A stretch of DNA of 32,000 nucleotides from NCBI RefSeq assembly GCF_000018305.1, contig NC_009954.1, positions 1,830,001 to 1,862,000 of the forward strand, written 5' to 3'. The notes beneath the pieces are model-generated. The model saw only the letters and a program-made list of their open reading frames with translations. It did no database searches and had not been told where the DNA came from. Each line of letters begins with the position of its first letter. The stretch's first letter is position 1. A program made the position numbers and the translations under genes. This stretch comes from Caldivirga maquilingensis IC-167. GTDB lineage: Archaea; Thermoproteota; Thermoprotei; Thermoproteales; Thermocladiaceae. Shown in pieces: positions 26,647-32,000 of this stretch.

Positions 26647-26666
26647 CTTGTGAGGTACAGCGTCTT

Positions 26667-27461
26667 GTGATACCCATTAATCACCCAAGGAGGGAGTCGT
26701 TATTAATTAGGGAGAGACTTGTGGATGGGGTTAGGGAGGGTTATGTAGCTTTACAGGGTCTTATTGCCCATGGACGTGGTGAATGTTTTGATTACTTAAT
26801 TGGTGAAACCACGATTAATGAAGCCTTAAATGCAGAGAGGGCCGCCGTAGCCGCACTGCTCCTTGCTAGGAACCCTGTTATATCCGTTAATGGAAACACA
26901 GCGGCTCTGGTGCCAAGGGATATTGTGGAGCTTGCTGAGTTAGTTGGTGCTAAGGTTGAGGTTAACCTGTTTTACAGGACCAGGGAGAGGGAGGAGTTGA
27001 TAGCCAGGATCCTACGGGAGAATGGGGCTAGGGAGGTCCTTGGCGTAGGTGATGATGCGTCCTGCGTAATCCCCGAGCTCTTTAGTGAGAGGCGTAGAGT
27101 CTCGTGTAGGGGCATCTACGTGGCTGACACTATCCTAGTACCTCTTGAGGATGGTGATAGAACCGAGGCCCTTAGAAAGATGGGTAAGACCGTAATTGCA
27201 ATAGACCTGAATCCACTCTCGAGGACTGCCAGGGCCGCCAGCATAACGATTGTGGATAATGTGGTGAGGGCCGTACCGAACATGGTGAGGATTGCGAGGG
27301 AGCTTAAGGCAAAGCCTAGGGAGGAGCTTGAGGGGATTGTCAGGGATTTTAACAATGATGAGAACCTGAGGAAGGTTTTGATGTACATATCCAGGAGACT
27401 CGCGGAATTAGCCCAGAATCACATTGTGTTGGAGTTTCCAAAGGATGCTAATTATCTGTGA
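26667..27461 (+). CDS. 4-phosphopantoate--beta-alanine ligase (archaeal phosphopantothenate synthetase, PPS; COG1701/DUF137 type)
   Basis: The N-terminal HPRRESLLIRERLVDGVREGYVALQGLIAHGRGECFDYLIGETT and then PVISVNGNTAAL match my recollection of the PPS family characterised in Thermococcus kodakarensis. It also sits among the panB, PoK and panE genes. Confidence 0.75.
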   Translation: MIPINHPRRESLLIRERLVDGVREGYVALQGLIAHGRGECFDYLIGETTINEALNAERAAVAALLLARNPVISVNGNTAALVPRDIVELAELVGAKVEVNLFYRTREREELIARILRENGAREVLGVGDDASCVIPELFSERRRVSCRGIYVADTILVPLEDGDRTEALRKMGKTVIAIDLNPLSRTARAASITIVDNVVRAVPNMVRIARELKAKPREELEGIVRDFNNDENLRKVLMYISRRLAELAQNHIVLEFPKDANYL

Positions 27462-27480
27462 GGAAGCATTACTTTTAAAC

Positions 27481-27490
27481 TTTAATAATA
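27481..27490 (+). promoter_or_regulatory. TATA-box-like element (TTTAATAATA) of panB
   Basis: It lies about 27 nt upstream of the ATG at 27511. Confidence 0.4.
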
Positions 27491-27510
27491 CAGTGTTGTA
27501 AAATTACTTA

Positions 27511-28308
27511 ATGGAGAGGAGGAAAGTAACGATTAGGTACTTCCTAGAGAGTAAAGGTAAAAGGAGAATTGCCATGATAACGGCCTATGATTACCCAACC
27601 GCAAGGCTCGTTGATGAGGCAGGGGTTGATGGTATACTCGTCGGTGACTCCCTGGGCATGGTTGTATTGGGGTATGAAAGCACTATACCTGTAACCCTCA
27701 CCGACATGTTAATACACGTGGCTGCGGTGGCCAGGGCAAAGCCTAAGGCGTTACTAGTGGCCGACATGCCATTCATGACCTACGAAACAGGCCCTAGGGA
27801 TGCCCTGAAAAACGCCTCTAAGTTGATCAGGGCCGGCGCCGAGGCCGTTAAGCCCGAGGGCGGCCTTGAGATAGTGAGGATAGTCGAGAGGCTCACCAAG
27901 GCCGGCATTCCGGTTATGGGGCACATTGGCCTAAACCCGCAGAGGGTGCTTACGCTGGGTGGTTTTAGGATGATGGGCAGGACTGAGGAGCAGAGGAGGA
28001 AGATCCTCGAGGATGCCAAGGCCCTAGAGGAGGCTGGTGCCTTCGCGTTGGTCATTGAGTTCGTGCCCGCAGGTTTGGCTAGGGAGGTTACGGAGTCCGT
28101 GAAAATACCCACGATATGCATCGGAGCCGGGCCTTATTGTGACGGACAGATACTGGTGCTCCACGATGTGATAGGACTAAGCGAGAAGCCGCCTAGCTTT
28201 GCTAAGAGGTATGCGGACGTCGCATCTATAATAAGGAATGCAGTGAGTAATTACGTTAATGAGGTTAAGGAGAGTAAATTCCCCAGTCCTGAGTATTATA
28301 AGGAATAG
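27511..28308 (+). CDS. panB: 3-methyl-2-oxobutanoate hydroxymethyltransferase (ketopantoate hydroxymethyltransferase)
   Basis: The pattern ITAYDYPTARLVDEAGVDGILVGDSLGMVVLGYESTIPVT..DM..H...V.R is typical of PanB, as are GHIGL.PQ and the length of 265 aa. Confidence 0.9.
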   Translation: MERRKVTIRYFLESKGKRRIAMITAYDYPTARLVDEAGVDGILVGDSLGMVVLGYESTIPVTLTDMLIHVAAVARAKPKALLVADMPFMTYETGPRDALKNASKLIRAGAEAVKPEGGLEIVRIVERLTKAGIPVMGHIGLNPQRVLTLGGFRMMGRTEEQRRKILEDAKALEEAGAFALVIEFVPAGLAREVTESVKIPTICIGAGPYCDGQILVLHDVIGLSEKPPSFAKRYADVASIIRNAVSNYVNEVKESKFPSPEYYKE

Positions 28309-28322
28309 TAAAGCAAAACCTA

Positions 28323-28676
28323 TTAATACAATAATATAGTCCACTCCCTCAACTTACCTGTGACCGGATCCACCTGGAGCCCCAGGACCTCCAGAGTTGT
28401 TACTCCGATTAGGACCTTGTCTATTATGCCCGAGATCAATGCAGGAATCACCTCACCCCTACCCTCAAGCTCCACCCAAACCCTCGTACGCTCAAGCTCC
28501 AATAAACCGCCCGCGCTCATCACCGTGGACTTACCCGTAACAGTAAGCCCCAACTCCCTAGCTAGGTCCTGTGGTATTACGGTTAATGTTGCCCCAGTAT
28601 CCACGAGTGCATCCACCTCAATAATCTTCCTCATTTCAGGATCGCCAATCCTGACCTTAACCCATACATGACCCAT
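28323..28676 (-). CDS. retropepsin-like (clan AA) single-domain aspartic protease
   Basis: 117 aa with the catalytic ALVDTGAT (D-T-G-A) and the C-terminal IIDKVLIGVTTLEVLGL (h-h-G-x-x-x-L) typical of retropepsin-like domains that act as homodimers. Confidence 0.7.
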   Translation of the reverse strand: MGHVWVKVRIGDPEMRKIIEVDALVDTGATLTVIPQDLARELGLTVTGKSTVMSAGGLLELERTRVWVELEGRGEVIPALISGIIDKVLIGVTTLEVLGLQVDPVTGKLREWTILLY

Positions 28677-28759
28677 TAATTAAGGTATCACAACCTCACT
28701 TATTAGGCTTTTCAACACTAAGTCTATCTTTACCCCTGAGCCTCAGTAACTTCTAGTCC

Positions 28760-28960
28760 CTAATTACCTCGTTGTTTACGTCCCTCAAGGTACCTCACCC
28801 TAATTAACGCAGCAATCACAGAACCCCTGTCACGCCTTAGGGTCTTATAATCAACGCTCTCCATCCTAGTCAACTCACCGTGAAGTCTATTAAGGTCTTC
28901 AGCATTAAGCCTCAAGTTACCTGTACTGTATATTACCTTAACAGCACCGCTGATGGCCAT
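28760..28960 (-). CDS. hypothetical small protein (possible ribbon-helix-helix-like)
   Basis: 66-aa ORF with an ATG start, 83 nt upstream of the protease gene on the same strand. GNLRLNAEDLNRLHGELTRME loosely resembles a strand-helix RHH start. Evidence that it is coding is weak. Confidence 0.35.
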   Translation of the reverse strand: MAISGAVKVIYSTGNLRLNAEDLNRLHGELTRMESVDYKTLRRDRGSVIAALIRVRYLEGRKQRGN

Positions 28961-29130
28961 TATGATTATGATTACATTGAAGCAATCCCAGAGCTACCTA
29001 ACTCAACTTTACCATACCTATAAACCACTGCTGTAACACCAAGGTCATTAATGATGCCTTAGACGCCCCTCCATCTCCACCATGCCTTTATCGCAATAGG
29101 ATCATTAGCTTACTTATAAGTCATATCACC

Positions 29131-29961
29131 CTAATGAGTAATCCTCACCCAGGCACCTGCGTCACTTGGCTTAAAACGCCTTACATGAATGCCCCTCTCA
29201 CTTAGGCATTGAGATGCCTCATCGGCCTTATCCCTGTGTGTTATTAGTACCAGGACACCTTTCTTAACGTAGTAACCATCCAGGTACTTAATACATGGTC
29301 TAACATTATCCTCAATATCCCTAGTCAAGAACCCAATTCTCCTCGAGAACTCCATACTCAATCTAACGAAGTTCTCATAGGTGGGTTCCCTCATAATTTC
29401 ACCCATAAACTCCTTTCCAAGGACCTCCAGCTTATCCCTGAGCCTAAGGAGCATCACGTTAGTATCCTCCCTAGTGAATTCATGGGTTAGGATTACTAGG
29501 TTGTTTGGGTAAGGTATTTTATCAATAACACCAACGCCAGGAGCCCCTGGCTTAACCCTTATTTCAATACCACCACCATAGAATTCAGCGATCACATCAC
29601 CAAGCCCAGTACCAAGATTAACCTCGACCTCATGGGCTACTTGAGCAGCTTCAAGTAGAGGCTTCCTGAGTAATGCAGCAACACCCAGTGCGGTTCCTAG
29701 GGTTAATGCAGCGCTCATTCCATAACCAAAGCCAAGTGGTGCCTGTGTCTCGTATTTAACGACTGCATTCACGTTATACCTCCTCAACACTTCATCAATA
29801 TGCCTTAACCCCATTGTCCCTTCACCACCCTCAATCGTCATCACTAGACCAGGGCGTATCACAATACCTGCACCTAGGGATCCTGTCGTCATTGGGTCAT
29901 TGGTGTACCTGGGCAGCCATATGCTTGTTACATGTAGTGGCACATTAACTATAACCTTCAT
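29131..29961 (-). CDS. pantoate kinase (archaeal PoK; GHMP-kinase superfamily, COG1829 type)
   Basis: VPLHVTSIW....TGSLGAGIVI near the N-terminus, GHMP motif PLGFGYGMSAALTLGTAL, and LGTGLGDVIAEFYGG. The track ORF extends to 30006, but the ATG at 29961 has a TATA-like ATTTAAAG (minus, 29985-29992) 27 nt upstream and gives a family-typical N-terminus. Confidence 0.75.
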   Translation of the reverse strand: MKVIVNVPLHVTSIWLPRYTNDPMTTGSLGAGIVIRPGLVMTIEGGEGTMGLRHIDEVLRRYNVNAVVKYETQAPLGFGYGMSAALTLGTALGVAALLRKPLLEAAQVAHEVEVNLGTGLGDVIAEFYGGGIEIRVKPGAPGVGVIDKIPYPNNLVILTHEFTREDTNVMLLRLRDKLEVLGKEFMGEIMREPTYENFVRLSMEFSRRIGFLTRDIEDNVRPCIKYLDGYYVKKGVLVLITHRDKADEASQCLSERGIHVRRFKPSDAGAWVRITH

Positions 29962-29984
29962 TAAATTATTAATGCCCTGCTTGG

Positions 29985-29992
29985 CTTTAAAT
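29985..29992 (-). promoter_or_regulatory. TATA-box-like element (minus strand ATTTAAAG) of the pantoate kinase gene
   Basis: It lies about 27 nt upstream of the ATG at 29961. Confidence 0.35.
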
Positions 29993-30298
29993 CTAGCTGC
30001 TCTCATGAATCCTACTCTCCTTCAAACAATATTCACCTATCCCAGTAAGCCTCCTACTACGTAGTCGAAATCCTAAATTCTAACCATATCAACTCCCTGA
30101 GTCCTCTCATTGCGTGAGCTATGTCCGCATTTTCCAAGGGAACCTAATTATCTTAAACCTTAACCAATAGGCGCACTGCGATTCTTCAGCTAGCCTGATG
30201 CTTCAGCACTTAATGTACTATCCATTATCCTTAAGGATTCCCGCACTCAATGGTATTCGAAATTCCCAGCTCGAGGAACTTTAATTCACTGTCTTTAA

Positions 30299-31135
30299 TT
30301 ATTTTAAACAAAGGCTCCTCAGAATCTTTATAATTATTAGTAAGGCCTTATTTATGGGTGTGGGTATGCCGAGGAGGCTACCGTATTTGGTTATGGCTCC
30401 ATTAATGTAATCAATCTCTGTTTCCCTACAGTTCATTAAGTCCTGGAGCATTGATGAATAATTATTACTGGTTTTAGAAGCCACATCTAGGGTTTCGGCT
30501 ACGGGATCTCTGGGTAGGTTAATACCCAATGCCTTAACCACAGCAACACCCTCATTGATTACTTCTAGGGCCAATTCCCTGGCTAATTCATTATTAATCA
30601 ATATACCGTTTGGTGACTTAAGTATCGTGGTTATGGGGTTTATTGCAGCATTAACAATAACCTTCAACCACCTGAAGGGTTCCACATCATCCACAACCAC
30701 CACATTGGCACCACCACTCCTAAGTATATCAGCCAACTCACCTAGGGCACTTGGCATTATTATCTCACCTAACCCCTTAACCTCTGTGATATTTCCATGT
30801 CTCGTAACGCCATAAGTCACCACAGCACTGTAACCAACACCCAGTCTCTCCTTTATTAACTCAAGACCACCAATACCATTTTGGAAAACCACTGGCGTTC
30901 CCTTAATCTTATTTATCACGTTCACTGTATCATACGCCTTAACAGCAATTAATGTGTACTTAACCTCGCTTGGTAATTCTTGAACTAATTTAATGCTTAG
31001 GTCATAATCACCATTAAGCCTAATGATGTATCTGTCATATAAAGTCCTCGTTATTACGTATGGTGTAAACCCAGCCCTGTTTAGGAAGTAGGTTAGTAAC
31101 GAGCCCACGGCCCCAAGACCTATTATGCTAAACAT
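30299..31135 (-). CDS. panE: 2-dehydropantoate 2-reductase (ketopantoate reductase)
   Basis: N-terminal IIGLGAVGSLL Rossmann motif, and SSMLQDLMNCRETEIDYINGAI matching the KPR SSM.QD...GR.TEID..NG signature. Confidence 0.85.
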   Translation of the reverse strand: MFSIIGLGAVGSLLTYFLNRAGFTPYVITRTLYDRYIIRLNGDYDLSIKLVQELPSEVKYTLIAVKAYDTVNVINKIKGTPVVFQNGIGGLELIKERLGVGYSAVVTYGVTRHGNITEVKGLGEIIMPSALGELADILRSGGANVVVVDDVEPFRWLKVIVNAAINPITTILKSPNGILINNELARELALEVINEGVAVVKALGINLPRDPVAETLDVASKTSNNYSSMLQDLMNCRETEIDYINGAITKYGSLLGIPTPINKALLIIIKILRSLCLK

Positions 31136-31537
31136 AGGACCTCAATATTCTTATAATTTAAGGAAATTTATTGCTTTCACATCATAATAAAACCTAATAT
31201 AGTAGGGCAGTAAAAATGCTGCAATGACTAGGGCATTAATGATAGAGGGTAAGGTTACGAATTAGGTTAAGCCGTGACGAAGGACATTAATGAGTTTAAA
31301 GCTTTATAGGAGGATTGTTGAGGAAAGGTGAATAATAAGGAGCATCAAGGAACTTGAGAGTATGAGTGATGATGGTTCCATAAATGAGATTTGGTGAATA
31401 TGGTAGGTCCAGGGTAATGTTAAGGTGTAAGATGAGTCATGTCAATGTTATGGCTAGCAATAGGGATGAGTCGATAGAGGTATGGGTTTTGATGTATTGC
31501 GGTGATGTTAGTATGTACGTATTACCCTGGTACATGG

Positions 31538-32000
31538 TCATTTCTTAACTAGGTTTGATATGAACCATTCATGAACCAGGATTGTTGTTAACTCCGGGTG
31601 AAAAGTTAAAGCAAGCATGTTGTTCTCAATGACCACTGGGTAATTGTCACCGTAGGCCACCAGTGGTTTTGCAGAGCCCCAGTACTTAACTATGGCTGGT
31701 GCCCTTATGAAGACAGCCCTTACTGTGCCAATACCCTCAATGTTAAGCGTGGTTTCGAAGGATTCCCTCTGTCTACCGTAGAAGTTCCTGACCACAGATA
31801 TATTCATGATTCCTAACACACCTTGACCGGTCTCACCCATAATCCTATCCTTAACCTCCCTAGCCATGAATATGGCGCCTGCGCATGTACCCATTGCAGG
31901 AAGCCCATTGGATACCTCATCACGGAGCGCATTCATTAGGTTGCTCTTAGACGTGAGTCTCCATATGCTCGTGGATTCACCACCAGGGATTATTATTCCT
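31538..32000 (-). CDS. pdxT: pyridoxal 5'-phosphate synthase glutaminase subunit PdxT (N-terminus off the right window edge)
   Basis: My own translation shows the ORF continuing upstream of the track start: ...GIIIPGGESTSIWRLTSKSNLMNALRDEV.. It has the catalytic GTCAG and the FHPEL motif. Confidence 0.85.
   Translation of the reverse strand, partial: GIIIPGGESTSIWRLTSKSNLMNALRDEVSNGLPAMGTCAGAIFMAREVKDRIMGETGQGVLGIMNISVVRNFYGRQRESFETTLNIEGIGTVRAVFIRAPAIVKYWGSAKPLVAYGDNYPVVIENNMLALTFHPELTTILVHEWFISNLVKK

Noticed and set aside
28360-28671. A 103-aa plus-strand ORF almost exactly mirroring the retropepsin-like gene.
   Set aside because: Only the minus frame yields the D-T-G-A active site and the retropepsin C-terminal pattern. 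The plus product is S/T/P-rich low complexity.
30007-30298. A 292-bp ORF-free spacer between the PoK and panE genes, considered as a pseudogene or sRNA locus. It contains the direct repeat CTTCAGC ... CTTCAGC at about 30185-30208.
   Set aside because: Only fragmentary reading frames of 11-17 codons are present on the minus strand, there is no complete box architecture or stable stem, and composition is only mildly skewed. I cannot support any call beyond noting that the spacer is longer than most.
1882-30815. About 30 ORFs of 60-128 aa in the supplied track lie antisense inside longer genes. Examples are 1882-2169, 2179-2496, 2938-3249, 3925-4176, 4186-4407, 4611-4997, 5010-5252, 6458-6775, 9306-9539, 9884-10087, 11524-11712, 11749-11964, 12827-13051, 13302-13496, 13928-14203, 14411-14689, 16086-16367, 18370-18678, 19022-19264, 19526-19768, 22376-22582, 22755-22937, 25339-25539, 25978-26202, 27116-27388, 27591-27776, 27780-28121 and 30555-30815.
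   Set aside because: Each is nested in or overlaps a gene whose product has clear family motifs. Their translations are low-complexity (S/T/P/L/I-rich) with no recognisable motif. Long antisense open frames are expected opposite genes with this purine-rich, stop-poor codon usage.
31417-31548. A 43-codon plus-strand ORF (MLRCKMSHVNVMASNRDES...) in the G-rich spacer.
   Set aside because: It is short, has no motif, overlaps the pdxT 3' end and has no TATA-like box at the expected distance. I treat it as part of the non-coding oddity rather than as a gene.
1-32000. A scan for CRISPR repeat-spacer arrays, IS elements or terminal inverted repeats, integrase or transposase genes, rRNA and tRNA genes.
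   Set aside because: I saw no regularly spaced direct repeats, no recombinase-like ORFs, and no GC-rich blocks with cloverleaf or rRNA features other than the 25012-25118 block discussed above.

Overview
This 32-kb window is a gene-dense chromosomal segment with about 35 protein genes, roughly three quarters of them on the minus strand. It reads as a hyperthermophilic crenarchaeon, probably Thermoproteales-like. That assignment is an inference from three things: archaeal-type genes (ribosomal P0/uL10 and S3Ae, NMD3, pantoate kinase, phosphopantothenate synthetase), TTA/AGG-rich codon usage, and A/T-rich TATA-like boxes centred about 26-28 nt upstream of many start codons, which implies leaderless mRNAs. 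The content is mostly housekeeping and metabolism: rpl10(P0, partial)-rps3ae, an SDR oxidoreductase, ilvD, GNAT, transporters (two MFS, one MFS-like membrane protein, one APC permease), NMD3, glnA, an orphan ABC ATPase, an A24 prepilin-peptidase-like protein, a DEAD-box helicase, thrC, an Ntn-type isoaspartyl peptidase/asparaginase, a KduI/IolB-like cupin, an aldehyde dehydrogenase and pdxT (partial). I saw no rRNA, tRNA, CRISPR array, transposase or integrase. Six things seem worth a second look. (1) A 685-bp AT-rich gap (24545-25229) carries two divergently oriented candidate C/D box sRNA genes, each with its own TATA-like box at the expected distance. (2) A clustered archaeal phosphopantothenate module (PPS, PanB, PoK, PanE; 26667-31135) appears GC-enriched over part of its length and is interrupted by a retropepsin-like aspartic protease plus a small RHH-like ORF. 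(3) A membrane protein - isoaspartyl peptidase - unknown 278-aa protein operon has a 10-nt stop/start overlap. (4) An NTase-domain gene (with D-x-N in place of D-x-D) sits divergent to a tandem winged-helix gene. (5) A stand-alone Cdc48/VAT-N-like barrel protein lies next to a prepilin peptidase and an orphan ABC ATPase. (6) Several non-coding oddities: the thrC leader, mutually exclusive inverted repeats upstream of PPS, and a strongly G-rich/C-poor ORF-free stretch with repeated ATGAGT. All functional calls come from motif recognition by eye. No database search was run.
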